The notes under the pieces are model-generated. The model was given only the letters and a program-made list of their open reading frames with translations. It was not told the origin of the DNA and made no database searches. A stretch of DNA of 64,000 bases from a virus: the IMG/VR virus record IMGVR_UViG_3300046780_000427, positions 1-64,000 of that record; one strand, given 5' to 3'. The position numbers were made by a program, and so were the translations under genes. This document shows, piece by piece, positions 38,604 through 48,245 of this stretch (within the stretch, counting starts at the first letter, position 1; each line of letters begins with the position of its first letter).

Positions 38604-39858
38604 TGGCGTCTGCCCCCCTGTCCTGGTCGCTGCCGGGCTCGATGAACCACGGCGGCGGCGGCACCAGGTCCCGGTCCCACGCGCCGATGTCCTCAGCCCA
38701 CCACAGCAGGGCCAGCCCGGCGGGGGTGGAACCAGCCATGCCAAGCAGGGCCTCGATCCGCTCGACGGCAAGGCGGGCCTCGGTGGCGGTCAGGTCAGAC
38801 AGGCCGGTGATCTCCTGGGCCTCGGTGCCCTCGGGGGCGGCGGCGGCCGCAGCCAGGGTCTTGCGCACCCCGGCCCACTGCGGGCCGTGGAGGTTCGCGG
38901 CCTTGAAGATCACGCCGAGCCGGTTGAGGCAGTCACCTTTCGTCGCCGGCCTGGCGTCCCGGCGGCCCTCAACGCGGGCGGTGATCGCACCGGCCTGGAC
39001 GGTGCCGCCGCCGGACAGGAGCGCGGGCACCGCGTCAGGGTCGGGGGCGTCGATCTCCTCCCCGACCGGCTGGGCCACGTCCAGGCCCGCAGGCGGGTCG
39101 GAAGCCATCGCGGCCGCGCGGGTCACCGACACCCGGTACTCGGGGGACGTGGGGGTGGATCCGCGGTGCTTCTTGGCAGCGGTTTTCTTCCACATGTCCT
39201 CCGTCCAGTCACCCTCATTCGGCCAGGTGCCCCAGAAGGAGGCCCCGGCGCGGGACTTGTCGTAATGCTTCTTGACCTCACGCGGGGTCATCACGGTGGG
39301 GAAGGTGGTCCCGCCGGACAGCAGACGGACGTAGCAGTAGACCCCGGTGAGTTTCCCCCGGTCCTGCGGGTCGGCCAGCCCCGGTTGCCCGGAGTCGTTG
39401 GCGGCGATGTGGTGCTCGGGGACCCGCATCGTGGACGGGTCCCAGGCGAACTGGTCGCCGGCGCGGACGGCCTCGATCACCACGGCCTCGGCCTCCCCGG
39501 AGCGGTACATCAGCTCCACCTCGCCGGTCCAGTGCTTGACGAACACGATCGACCAGCCGTGATTCTCCGGGTTCTTGGTGTCGGCGAACGGGATGTAGAA
39601 CCCGGTATCGCCGGGCATGAGGCCGAACCGTGCACACTCGGCCATCGCGGACAGGAACGCCCGCGGGTTCGCGTCGGCGGCTTCTTTCAGGTGCTTGACC
39701 TTGCCGAGCTGGGCGAGGGAGAGCTGCACGAACGCATCAGCGTTGACGTGGGAGGCAGCGATCCGGCCGAACCATTCCCGGGCTTCGCGGGCCTGGGCCT
39801 CGACGGGTTTGGTTTGGCGCTCGACCGCGCCGGCGACGGTGCCTGCCGCGTGGTTCAT
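38593..39858 (-). CDS. recT: RecT-family single-strand annealing protein
   Basis: CARFGLMPG..FYIPF, GEVELMYRSG, VRAGDQF, GVYCYVRL, EDMWKKT; adjacent to YqaJ. Confidence 0.85.
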   Translation of the reverse strand: MNHAAGTVAGAVERQTKPVEAQAREAREWFGRIAASHVNADAFVQLSLAQLGKVKHLKEAADANPRAFLSAMAECARFGLMPGDTGFYIPFADTKNPENHGWSIVFVKHWTGEVELMYRSGEAEAVVIEAVRAGDQFAWDPSTMRVPEHHIAANDSGQPGLADPQDRGKLTGVYCYVRLLSGGTTFPTVMTPREVKKHYDKSRAGASFWGTWPNEGDWTEDMWKKTAAKKHRGSTPTSPEYRVSVTRAAAMASDPPAGLDVAQPVGEEIDAPDPDAVPALLSGGGTVQAGAITARVEGRRDARPATKGDCLNRLGVIFKAANLHGPQWAGVRKTLAAAAAAPEGTEAQEITGLSDLTATEARLAVERIEALLGMAGSTPAGLALLWWAEDIGAWDRDLVPPPPWFIEPGSDQDRGADANAS

Positions 39859-40874
39859 GGGGTGGTCCTTCCTGGGGTGAGTTTGTCGACGTGCCGGGTG
39901 TGAGCCTGGACGGGTGTGTCGCTGATGGACCGGGAGCACACCCGAATGGTCCGCTCCCGGCCGTCCTCGGGGATGACGACGACCGCGCGGGCGGCATCAC
40001 CCATCCGGTAGAGGAGCCGGTTCTGCGCCTTGGTCACCTTGGCCTTGGCGCGGGCCTGCGCGGCGCGGGCCCGGTGGTAGGAACGCCACAGGGACAGCGG
40101 CACCCGGACCTCGGTGTCGGTGAGGGACGGGTGCAGTTTGCGCAGGGTCATGGTGGTGGCGGGCTGGTCGTCTACGTCGGGTTCGTCGCGCTGGTGGAGG
40201 CGGCGCAGGAACTTCCCGGCCTCGGCGCGCATCAGGCACAGGTCTGCGTGCACGCCGGCGTCAGCGGCGGTGATCCGGTAGACGCCGATCTGCCAGGGCA
40301 TCATCCACAGGACCACGACCAGGATTGACTCGGCGCCGGCGACGTGCATGTTCCATATCGCCTGGCACCGCACGCTGACGGGCATGGCCCTGGGCTGGTT
40401 GCCGTCGCCGATGACCCCGCGGCCGGGGTCGGCCCACCCGTCCTTGGTGGCCCAGGTCTTGTACTCGGCCGGGACTACGCCGGGGATCGAGTGCGGGGGC
40501 CGGTAGCGGAACAGGTCCGCCGCGACGGCGGAGGCGGCCTCGGTGTCGAGGAGCCACCTGTCCAGGGTGGCCATCTGCCACGGCTGCCCAGCATGGGCGT
40601 AGAGGCCGGCGCGGGCGGTGGCCAGGTGCGGGTGCTCCTCCCGGAGCATCGAGTCCACTTCGGCCTCCAGGAGCCTGCCCCGCCTGAGCACGGGCTTGTC
40701 CTCGGATTCGATGCCGGACAGTTTCGCGTGGTAGAGGCCGAACGGGGTCAGGTGAACCGACAGGCCCAGGAGGGATGCCACGTCGGTGCCGGTGATGCCG
40801 CCCTTGCGCCGGTCCAGCCACCCGGCCCGGTCAGCGTCGATGGCGTCCTGGGGCATCACCAGGACCGTGGTCAC
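39855..40874 (-). CDS. YqaJ-like viral recombinase exonuclease
   Basis: WLDRRKGGITGTD, GRLLE, ATLDR, AEYKT, QAIWNMHV. Confidence 0.88.
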   Translation of the reverse strand: MTTVLVMPQDAIDADRAGWLDRRKGGITGTDVASLLGLSVHLTPFGLYHAKLSGIESEDKPVLRRGRLLEAEVDSMLREEHPHLATARAGLYAHAGQPWQMATLDRWLLDTEAASAVAADLFRYRPPHSIPGVVPAEYKTWATKDGWADPGRGVIGDGNQPRAMPVSVRCQAIWNMHVAGAESILVVVLWMMPWQIGVYRITAADAGVHADLCLMRAEAGKFLRRLHQRDEPDVDDQPATTMTLRKLHPSLTDTEVRVPLSLWRSYHRARAAQARAKAKVTKAQNRLLYRMGDAARAVVVIPEDGRERTIRVCSRSISDTPVQAHTRHVDKLTPGRTTP

Positions 40875-41233
40875 CGGGTCTCCTGGTCGATGCGGACCCC
40901 GGCGGCGGACAGGACGGCAAACACGGTAGGCCCGTTGAACTCGGCGAACCTGTCATCCAGGAGGCCGAGGGCGGCCAGGCCCCGGAGCATCCCGGCGACC
41001 CGGACCAGGAACCCGCCGATCACCTCCGGTGGCAGGCCCGGGTAACGGCGGCGCAGGTCCTCGGCGAAGTTCTCCCCGAGGGACAGGACCTCCGGCCTGT
41101 TCTCCTCGGCCTCGTCGGTGGCGAGGAGTTCCGCGTCGGGCAGGTCATCGCCGCCGGGGTACTTGACACCCTCGGCGCGCATCCGGGCGTAAACCTCCCG
41201 GTGCCAGTCGGTGGGCCCATCAGGGCGGGTCAT
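40871..41233 (-). CDS. hypothetical protein
   Basis: Operonic ORF. Confidence 0.55.
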   Translation of the reverse strand: MTRPDGPTDWHREVYARMRAEGVKYPGGDDLPDAELLATDEAEENRPEVLSLGENFAEDLRRRYPGLPPEVIGGFLVRVAGMLRGLAALGLLDDRFAEFNGPTVFAVLSAAGVRIDQETR

Positions 41234-41733
41234 GGGCGGGCCCCCGGCCAGTTGTGCGCGGCGCACCAGTGCTGGTAGTCAGTGCGGGTCAGGGCCCGGG
41301 CGAGGAGGTCCAGGATCGCCGGGTCCTGCGGGCGGGCGGCGAGGAGGTCCAGGGCGCAGGCGATCCGGGACCTCGCATCGGCGGCGGCCGCAGCGTCGAT
41401 AGCGGCCTGGGCCTGGGGCAGTGAGGAGCCAGGCGCATGGATGCACCAGCCGACCGGCTCATGCGGTTTGGGGGTGGCCGGGCACTCGGTGTCTGAGCAC
41501 CACAGGGCAGGCTCGGGGGCCAGGTGGTGCCTGCGGATGGGCGGGTCGGCGCCGAGGTGGGCATCGATGCCGGCGACCAGGCCGCCGGCGAGCGCGCACA
41601 GCCGCTCCTCCGTGGCTGCTGTCGCGTCCCCGAGGGTGTGTGCGCCTTCGTAGGTGAAGGTGATCTGCACGTCTACGTGGGTGCGCCGGGTCATCCCCTC
41701 GCGGGTGACCAGGGTCTCCGGGTCTGCTCTCAT
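41230..41733 (-). CDS. hypothetical protein
   Basis: ATG after AGGAG. Confidence 0.55.
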   Translation of the reverse strand: MRADPETLVTREGMTRRTHVDVQITFTYEGAHTLGDATAATEERLCALAGGLVAGIDAHLGADPPIRRHHLAPEPALWCSDTECPATPKPHEPVGWCIHAPGSSLPQAQAAIDAAAAADARSRIACALDLLAARPQDPAILDLLARALTRTDYQHWCAAHNWPGARP

Positions 41734-41951
41734 CGTTCGCTCCTGGGCCGGACCACGCCGGCGGTTGTGCGGCGGCGGCCGGTGATCCCGCCGGGCATCG
41801 GCAGGACCGGCTCGGTGAACCTGCCAGGGTCGGTCTGCCGGGCCCGCAGGGTCTCCACATCCTCCATGACCGGGGACTTGCGGCCCTGCGCGGCCAGTTT
41901 CCGGGCGTACTTGGACTGCCTGCCCTGCACTGCGGGGCGGGGCCGGGTCAC
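41730..41951 (-). CDS. hypothetical basic protein
   Basis: Operonic ORF. Confidence 0.5.
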   Translation of the reverse strand: MTRPRPAVQGRQSKYARKLAAQGRKSPVMEDVETLRARQTDPGRFTEPVLPMPGGITGRRRTTAGVVRPRSER

Positions 41952-42202
41952 CGGGCACCTGCGTGCACGGACGGGTCCGCGGCCTCAGCGGCGTCGCGGG
42001 CCTTAGACCGGGCCAGGGTCTCCGCGTAGATGGTTTCGGCGCGGGAGTAGGTGGACGGCGCGGCGGTGGCGAGGGTCGCGTGGATCCGCGCCTGGGCACG
42101 GAACCCGACAGCCTCGCTGGTGTCGGTGGTGGTCGCGGCCAGCTCCAGGAGCAGGCACGCCTGCCGGTAGTGCTCGGCAGGGGACGGCAAAGATTCGAGC
42201 AT
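41948..42202 (-). CDS. hypothetical protein, first gene of leftward arm
   Basis: Preceded by GGAGAGAGGGAACCCG; EHYRQA...AQARIHATLA. Confidence 0.65.
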   Translation of the reverse strand: MLESLPSPAEHYRQACLLLELAATTTDTSEAVGFRAQARIHATLATAAPSTYSRAETIYAETLARSKARDAAEAADPSVHAGAR

Positions 42203-42240
42203 CGGGTTCCCTCTCTCCGGTAGGTCTTCCCTCACAACCT

Positions 42241-42269
42241 ACGGTATAGGCCGACGGGGGTTCATGCAA
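42241..42269 (-). promoter_or_regulatory. putative sigma-A-type leftward promoter
   Basis: Minus strand reads TTGCAT-17 nt-TACCGT upstream of the first leftward gene. Confidence 0.5.
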
Positions 42270-42668
42270 TCACCTACGTCTGACAGAACCGTGTGACCTG
42301 CCGGTACTTCCCCCTCCGGGGGTCCTCGGGTAGCATGTGGCGTGAAGGGTGTTCCTTCCAAGGATGGGTAGCGAGACCTCCCCGGAACTGGTGGTGTTCC
42401 CCCCTCTCTCCAGCGGGCCGCCCGGTCCCGGGGGTACTCAGCCCCCCGGCACCGAGGCGGCCCGCACAGTTTCCCGCCCTGGGCAGCCCGGTCTAACAGG
42501 TCTAAACTCGGCCTCACCCTGTAACGACATAGGCACGCGTTACGGTGGGCTTGGAGAGAGCATTACCCGTGGTTAGGGGACTGGCCACGTCTTGACCGAC
42601 CACAGGACCTTGGAGGGCTGAGTATGCGTCACCTGCCGCATCCACCAAGGACCAGCCCGGCACCTGCC

Positions 42669-42693
42669 GCCTGTCAACCGAGTATTGACAGGC
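42669..42693. promoter_or_regulatory. TGTCAA-N7-TTGACA palindrome, copy 5 (9-bp arms), before rightward arm
   Basis: gcctgtcaa ccgagta ttgacaggc. Confidence 0.88.
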
Positions 42694-42718
42694 ACCCGCA
42701 GCAGCCGGGCTGTCCAGC

Positions 42719-43198
42719 ATGACCACCACCACAACCCGCCCCGGGCCCGCAGGATCGCTCCCGGGCCCGCGGGGACTACCAGCCAGCCAGGCTGAGGCCA
42801 TCACGATCATCCTCGGCCTGTCCGACTCCCTCGATCAGATGCGCGCCTACGCCGGCGCGCTCTACCGCGCCGGCGTGCTCGAGGGGAGACGCCAGGCAGC
42901 CGGGTACTGCCCCGGCCACCGGGAACAGATCGCCGAAGCGTTCCTCGCGGGTGAACGCCAGGCCCGCGCCGATGACCTGCCCGCGTTTGATGCCGGGTTC
43001 GCCGCATGCTGGCAGCGGTTCGCGGTGGAGATCGCCACCAGGTCAGCGCCGCCGCGCTCCGGCAGGTGGCGGCGCCCGGTGTGCGGGGACCTGACCTGCG
43101 GCCGGGAAGCATGCCAGCCGAGACCCCGGCGGAAACGGGAACCGCACGACCAGGCAGCCATGATCACCCGTGCCCGCGAGTCCTGGGGGCTGACATGA
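42719..43198 (+). CDS. hypothetical protein
   Basis: First rightward ORF; ATGA overlap with the helicase. Confidence 0.6.
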   Translation: MTTTTTRPGPAGSLPGPRGLPASQAEAITIILGLSDSLDQMRAYAGALYRAGVLEGRRQAAGYCPGHREQIAEAFLAGERQARADDLPAFDAGFAACWQRFAVEIATRSAPPRSGRWRRPVCGDLTCGREACQPRPRRKREPHDQAAMITRARESWGLT

Positions 43199-44313
43199 CC
43201 GCACAGGACTGGTCAGACTCCATCAGCCCCGAGGAGTACGCGGCCGAGCGGATCACCGCCCTGCGCGCCTGCCTCTACCCGGTGGAGGACCTGGGGAAAA
43301 TCCCGGCCCCGGTCAGCCTGGTGGACCACTGGCTCACGATGACGTCCCTCAACTGGCTGTTCGGCGACCGGGGGTCGTTCAAGTCGTTCGTGGCGATCGA
43401 CTTCGCCGGGTGTGTCGGCACCGGCAAGTCATGGCACGGGCATGAGACCCGGCAGTCCCCCGTCCTGTACTGCGCGCTAGAAGGCGCACCCGGCCTCTAC
43501 CAGCGGGTAAGGGCCTGGGAGGACCATGCCGGTGAGGAGATGACCGGCGTCCACTTCCTGGTCCCCAGATCCCTCCAGGTCGTGGATGACGGGGCCGTGC
43601 TCGCCGGCCTGGCTGCCGAGCTGGGCGCGGGCCTGGTCATCATCGACACGCAGAACCGTGCGACGGTCGGACTGGAGGAGAACTCCTCTATCGACATGGG
43701 CCGGATGATCGCTGCGATGGACCGGATCCAGCACGCCACCGGCGGGTGCGTCCTGACCATCCACCACACCGCCGCCGGCTCCCACCGGCCCCGAGGCCAC
43801 ACGTCCATTGACGCGGCCGCTGCGGCGATGATCCGGGTGTCCTGCGACGGGGGCCTGGTCAAGGTCACCAACGAGAAGCAAAAGGACGGCCCCCGCGCGG
43901 GGATGATGCTGCTCAACGCGACCCCCCGCCTGGACTCGGTGGTCCTCACCGCGGACTCCGGGGTCGTCCTGACCGACTCGATGCGCACCGTCCTGGCCGC
44001 GTTGCGGAACCTGAATGAGACCGAAGGACCCGTGACCAACGCGCAGGTCAAACGGGCATGCACCTCCCAGGGGATGCCGGAGGCAACGTTCAACTGGGCG
44101 CTGCGGGAGCTGAAGAACCGCGGGCAGGTCGAGCGGATCGGCCCGAAGACCGCGCCGAAGTGGCAACTGGTCGACAAACGTCAGGCCACCCTGGACGGCC
44201 CGGGGGAGACCCCGCCTGAGGCCCCGCCCGCATCCAACGGGCACCGGGAAACAGCCGACGTGCCCGAAAGCCCGTGGGGAGCAGGGACCGCCGGTGAAGC
44301 AGCCCAGGTGTAA
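43195..44313 (+). CDS. RecA-fold AAA helicase (RepA/AAA_25-like) with C-terminal wHTH
   Basis: Walker A FGDRGSFKS, VLYCALEG, Walker B LVIIDT, IHHT, RGHTS, KQKD. Confidence 0.85.
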   Translation: MTAQDWSDSISPEEYAAERITALRACLYPVEDLGKIPAPVSLVDHWLTMTSLNWLFGDRGSFKSFVAIDFAGCVGTGKSWHGHETRQSPVLYCALEGAPGLYQRVRAWEDHAGEEMTGVHFLVPRSLQVVDDGAVLAGLAAELGAGLVIIDTQNRATVGLEENSSIDMGRMIAAMDRIQHATGGCVLTIHHTAAGSHRPRGHTSIDAAAAAMIRVSCDGGLVKVTNEKQKDGPRAGMMLLNATPRLDSVVLTADSGVVLTDSMRTVLAALRNLNETEGPVTNAQVKRACTSQGMPEATFNWALRELKNRGQVERIGPKTAPKWQLVDKRQATLDGPGETPPEAPPASNGHRETADVPESPWGAGTAGEAAQV

Positions 44314-44658
44314 CACGGCTGTAGGAACGGGCGGTTACACCCGTTCCCACCTGCGGCAGAACCGCTCCTGTCGGTGCCGCTCTTTCCAGCTGTCACAGCA
44401 CGGTCACAGGCATAGTTACAGCAACCGCGCGAATGCGGTTGCCGCTCTTAGGTTTGTGACTACGGATCCGTCTAAATCTCTGACGGTGAGAGGTTGTCTC
44501 CAGGACAGGGGGGTGGCCGCTCCGCGACCCCCCCTCGGGCACCCGCAGGGCACCCTAAACCAGGACCTGGGGTCAATCCTAGTCCCCCCTGTCAACCCCC
44601 AGATGTTTGTAGGAACCCTACAAACTAGCGTTCCTACCTGCGGAAACGGGAGGAACAG

Positions 44659-44811
44659 ATGAGGACAGGCCAGCGGTCAGCGGTCCAGCGTGCGCAGCGC
44701 GACGGGACCTGCCCGCAGTGCCACCGCCCGATCCGGCGGGGAAACTGGATCCACCCGCTCGGGGACCTATGGCTGTGCATCCGGTGCTGGCCGAGGAGGG
44801 AGACCCCATGA
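44659..44811 (+). CDS. small Zn-finger protein (not in ORF track)
   Basis: GGGAGG RBS; MRTGQRSAVQRAQRDGTCPQCHRPIRRGNWIHPLGDLWLCIRCWPRRETP. Confidence 0.6.
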   Translation: MRTGQRSAVQRAQRDGTCPQCHRPIRRGNWIHPLGDLWLCIRCWPRRETP

Positions 44812-45257
44812 CGTGCTCGACCAGGCCGGTGGTGCAGTGCACGCCGGACAGCCGCCACCACCGCCGCCAGTTCGCCCGGATGACCGCGCAGGACTCGGCG
44901 CTGATCGCCATCACCGACCACGGGGCAGGGCCACGGAACGTGGCGAATCTCAAAAGGCTGGTGCCGATCACCCCGCCAGGCGGGGCTCCCGCCGAGGATG
45001 GCCGGTGTGAGGCGTGCTACCACAACCCGGCGTACTCCTGGGCGCAGGACCTCATCCTGCATCAGCTCCTCGCCGGGCAACCAGCCCCGGTGCGGATCCT
45101 CACCCGGCTGCCGCCGTGGCGGGCGGTGATGCTGGCCCGCGCTGCGGTGGCCCTGGGCCCGGGGATCTCGGTCGGCACCGTGGACCGGCTCCTGGCCGAG
45201 GCCCGCAGGGTCGGCGGGGCCGGGGTCCTTACCGAGGGCTGGTGGAACGGTGCCTAG
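44808..45257 (+). CDS. hypothetical protein
   Basis: ATGA overlap with the preceding gene. Confidence 0.5.
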   Translation: MTCSTRPVVQCTPDSRHHRRQFARMTAQDSALIAITDHGAGPRNVANLKRLVPITPPGGAPAEDGRCEACYHNPAYSWAQDLILHQLLAGQPAPVRILTRLPPWRAVMLARAAVALGPGISVGTVDRLLAEARRVGGAGVLTEGWWNGA

Positions 45258-45425
45258 CGGTGAGGAGTTCCGCCGCAAGGTCCGGGAGGCCCAGGCCGCG
45301 CAGGCTCACGTGGCGAGGACCGCACGGGGCAGGCCCCGCCGGCGTGCCGGGGTCGCCGCCGTGTCGGGCCCCGGTATGGTTCGCAAGCTTCCGCCGCCAC
45401 CTGAGCGGCGTGAGGAGAAGGAGGA

Positions 45426-45779
45426 ATGATGGCTCAATCCGTGAACCTGGCAGGCACCATGCCAGGGGAGTCCGTCAACGGCCTGTACGCGATCGTGGAG
45501 GACCTGATCAAGGACGGCCGCAGGCTCCGCCTGGTCGTCGGCCTGGTCGACACCGACACGATCAAGGTCAAGGTCGCCACCGGCGACCAGATACCCGTGA
45601 TCCAGTTCCGGCACCTGGAGGTCGCAGACCGCACCCCGCAGGCGGAGGCCGCCGGGGAGATCCTGCACGAACTCCTCACCGCCCGCACCGGGCAGGCTGA
45701 GCTGATGCTGCCGTTCACCCCGGGGTCGTTCGCCCCGCCACCGCAACCGAAGGCCGGCCGCGCCGGCGAGGAGGACTGA
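45426..45779 (+). CDS. hypothetical protein
   Basis: Strong RBS AAGGAGG. Confidence 0.7.
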   Translation: MMAQSVNLAGTMPGESVNGLYAIVEDLIKDGRRLRLVVGLVDTDTIKVKVATGDQIPVIQFRHLEVADRTPQAEAAGEILHELLTARTGQAELMLPFTPGSFAPPPQPKAGRAGEED

Positions 45780-46624
45780 TGACCGCAACCGGCATCCACC
45801 ATGACCCGGCCCGCAAGCTCGGCTACATCCCGTCCACCCTGGCCGCGAGGGAGCGGCTGATCCGCCTCCCCCTGGGCGCGGTCCTCCCGGACGTGCCTGC
45901 CCTGGCGGACAACCTGGAGGCCCCGCAGTTCATCCTCGGGAGCAACGACAAGTTCGGCACCTGCTGGCCGACATCGGTCGCGAACCATGCGATCCTCACC
46001 TGGTACTACGTGAAGGGGGAGCAGGTCACCGTCACCGATGAGGACGTGTTCGACCTCTACCGGCGGTCAGGCAACCCGAACTTCGACCCCGCGTCCGGCA
46101 CCGATGACAACGGCGTGGACCCGCTTAGCGCCGGGTTCCCCGCACTCATGTCCGGTGGCATCGGCGTGACCCTGGTCGATGAGCACGGCAACCCCGACCC
46201 CGCGTCCCGGCAGGTGATCAAACCGGTGTGCTACGGGTCGTTCGACCACACGTCCCTCCCGGACCTGCACGCGGCCACCTGGGCGACCGGCGCGGCGATG
46301 CTCGGGGTGAACCTGGAGATCGCGCAGCAGTCCCAGCCGGCCCTGTGGGACTACAAGCCCTCGGGTGAGTGGGGCGGGCACGCGATCATCGGCGGCGCCT
46401 ACGCCCCCGCCGCCTCGGTCGCGGTCCTGGATGAGACGTGCATCTCCTGGCAGCAGAAGATCGGCATGACCGGCAGGTTCCTGGGCCACCAGCTCGACAT
46501 GGGTGTCGGCCTGGTGTGGGAGCCGACATGGCGCGATGACACGTTCGCCGCCGGCGTGGACCGGGCCGCGCTCGCCGCCCTGTACCTGGCGGCCACCGGG
46601 CAGCCCATTGGGCAGCCGGGGTGA
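45779..46624 (+). CDS. papain-like (C1) cysteine peptidase
   Basis: NDKFGTCW (catalytic Cys), GGHAII (catalytic His), ISW. Confidence 0.7.
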   Translation: MTATGIHHDPARKLGYIPSTLAARERLIRLPLGAVLPDVPALADNLEAPQFILGSNDKFGTCWPTSVANHAILTWYYVKGEQVTVTDEDVFDLYRRSGNPNFDPASGTDDNGVDPLSAGFPALMSGGIGVTLVDEHGNPDPASRQVIKPVCYGSFDHTSLPDLHAATWATGAAMLGVNLEIAQQSQPALWDYKPSGEWGGHAIIGGAYAPAASVAVLDETCISWQQKIGMTGRFLGHQLDMGVGLVWEPTWRDDTFAAGVDRAALAALYLAATGQPIGQPG

Positions 46625-46839
46625 AGACCTGCTCGGCGCTGCGTGCCCGCGACTCCGGGGAAGTCCCTACCGGACACTTCCATGTCCTGGACGTGACCGA
46701 GGTCGCTTACGTCCACCTGGTCGAGGACGATCACCCGTTCGGCTGGCACCCCGGTGAGGGGCTGCTGCACATGGAGGGGTCCTGGTCGATCCAGGGCGGG
46801 GAGCTGCTACCACCACAGGAGGACACCGATGCACCCTAA
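46621..46839 (+). CDS. hypothetical protein
   Basis: Operonic ORF. Confidence 0.5.
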   Translation: MKTCSALRARDSGEVPTGHFHVLDVTEVAYVHLVEDDHPFGWHPGEGLLHMEGSWSIQGGELLPPQEDTDAP

Positions 46840-47026
46840 CCAGGTCCACCCGCGGCGTGCCCAGGTCTCCGCGGCTGCCCGCAAACCCGCACCCCGGTAC
46901 TACGCCCGTGCTGAGGGCCGGGCCTTGCACCGGGCCCGCCGGTGGCGCACCGGCCCCGGCCCGTCCTGGCACACCCCGGTCCGCGGGGCCAGGACCGCCC
47001 GGGGTGCCGTGTACGACGAAGCGTGA
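46829..47026 (+). CDS. hypothetical basic protein
   Basis: AGGAGG RBS. Confidence 0.45.
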   Translation: MHPNQVHPRRAQVSAAARKPAPRYYARAEGRALHRARRWRTGPGPSWHTPVRGARTARGAVYDEA

Positions 47027-47060
47027 CCACCGGCCAGCCCTCCCGGGCAGCCCGCGGTCA

Positions 47061-47083
47061 CCTGTCAACACCGTGTTGACAGG
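47061..47083. promoter_or_regulatory. TGTCAA-N7-TTGACA palindrome, copy 6
   Basis: cctgtcaa caccgtg ttgacagg, just upstream of the 47106 gene. Confidence 0.88.
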
Positions 47084-47105
47084 AGCAAGGGGAAGGAAAC
47101 ACCCG

Positions 47106-47972
47106 ATGCGATTCCGTGCAACCATCACCGCCGCGGCCGCCGTGCTGGCCGTGGCCATCACCGGCGCCGGGTATGCCTCCGGGCACGCCCAGCCTGGCCC
47201 GTCCCGGGTCACCTGCACCAGCGCCGGTGGGATCACCACCGGTGGCAAGGCTAGCGCACCCGGCAACGGGTATGCCGTCTGGACGGCGCTGCCTGCGCCG
47301 CTGCCCGCGTGCCAGGAGCAGGCGTGGGTCAAGGTGTTCGCTGCCAACGGGCTGTCCGCATCCAGTGGAATGCTCAAGTCCACCTCGGCGAACCTGGGCA
47401 GGGTCACTGAGGCGCAGGTCCCGCAGGGCCTCCCGCTGGCCCGGGCGAGGCTGGAGGTCCAGTTCACCGGCAACCCGGGCAGCCGCCTGTGCAAGGTGTT
47501 CTTCCCGGCCGGGGATGGCACCTACCACCCGTGCACGAACACCAAGACCGCGGAGCTGACCGTCAAGCGGGTCGCGGTGACCTGGTTCCACATCTGCCTC
47601 GCCCTGAATCACAGCCTGTGCGCTACGGCTAACGGCGTCGGCCATAACCTGTCGGTAGTGTCCTCCGGTTACAACAAGTGGCAGGCCATCCCGGACGGGT
47701 CCGGCGGGAAGATCATGTGGCAGAACGGCTCCGGCAACTGCATGGAGGTCACATCCTCCGAGGCCGTGACGAACACGCTCGGCGGCTGCGGCGGTGCCGC
47801 TTCTGAGGACTGGACGGTCGGCGGGTCCGGCAACGTGACATTCAACAACTCCGGCACGGACCTTTACATGGGCACCAACGGCGCGCAGGCCGGCAAGCTG
47901 GTCTACGCCCACCCGCCGCACACCGGGTTTGACCGGGGGTGGGTCACGTTCTCCTGCTGCGCGAAGGGCTAA
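47106..47972 (+). CDS. secreted protein with ricin-B-lectin-like C-terminal domain
   Basis: Signal peptide MRFRATITAAAAVLAVA; SLCATA...NKW, NGSGNCMEV...C...EDW, NNSGTDLYM repeats. Confidence 0.6.
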   Translation: MRFRATITAAAAVLAVAITGAGYASGHAQPGPSRVTCTSAGGITTGGKASAPGNGYAVWTALPAPLPACQEQAWVKVFAANGLSASSGMLKSTSANLGRVTEAQVPQGLPLARARLEVQFTGNPGSRLCKVFFPAGDGTYHPCTNTKTAELTVKRVAVTWFHICLALNHSLCATANGVGHNLSVVSSGYNKWQAIPDGSGGKIMWQNGSGNCMEVTSSEAVTNTLGGCGGAASEDWTVGGSGNVTFNNSGTDLYMGTNGAQAGKLVYAHPPHTGFDRGWVTFSCCAKG

Positions 47973-48191
47973 CCTGCTGGACGTGACTGGCCCGGCTGCG
48001 ACGGTGGAAGCGCAGCCGGGCCAGTCCTATCCCGGGTGCCTGGTCTGCGGGGCTACTGACCGGCCGTTGCGGGGGTTGCGGCAGGAGCCGGGGGAGGCAC
48101 CGTGGCGGGTCTGCGCGGATCCTGGGCCGTGCCGGGACGCGGCCGGGCTGCCCCCGATCTAGTTCTGCCGGCGTGGACAGAATGTCACAGG

Positions 48192-48241
48192 CCCATGCTA
48201 CGGTTAACACGTAAGCAATCGACCCCCTGGAGAGAGGGAAC
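48192..48241 (+). promoter_or_regulatory. conserved cassette leader copy 1
   Basis: cccatgcTACGGTtaacacgtaagc...ggagagagggaac. Confidence 0.8.
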
Positions 48242-48245
48242 CAAG

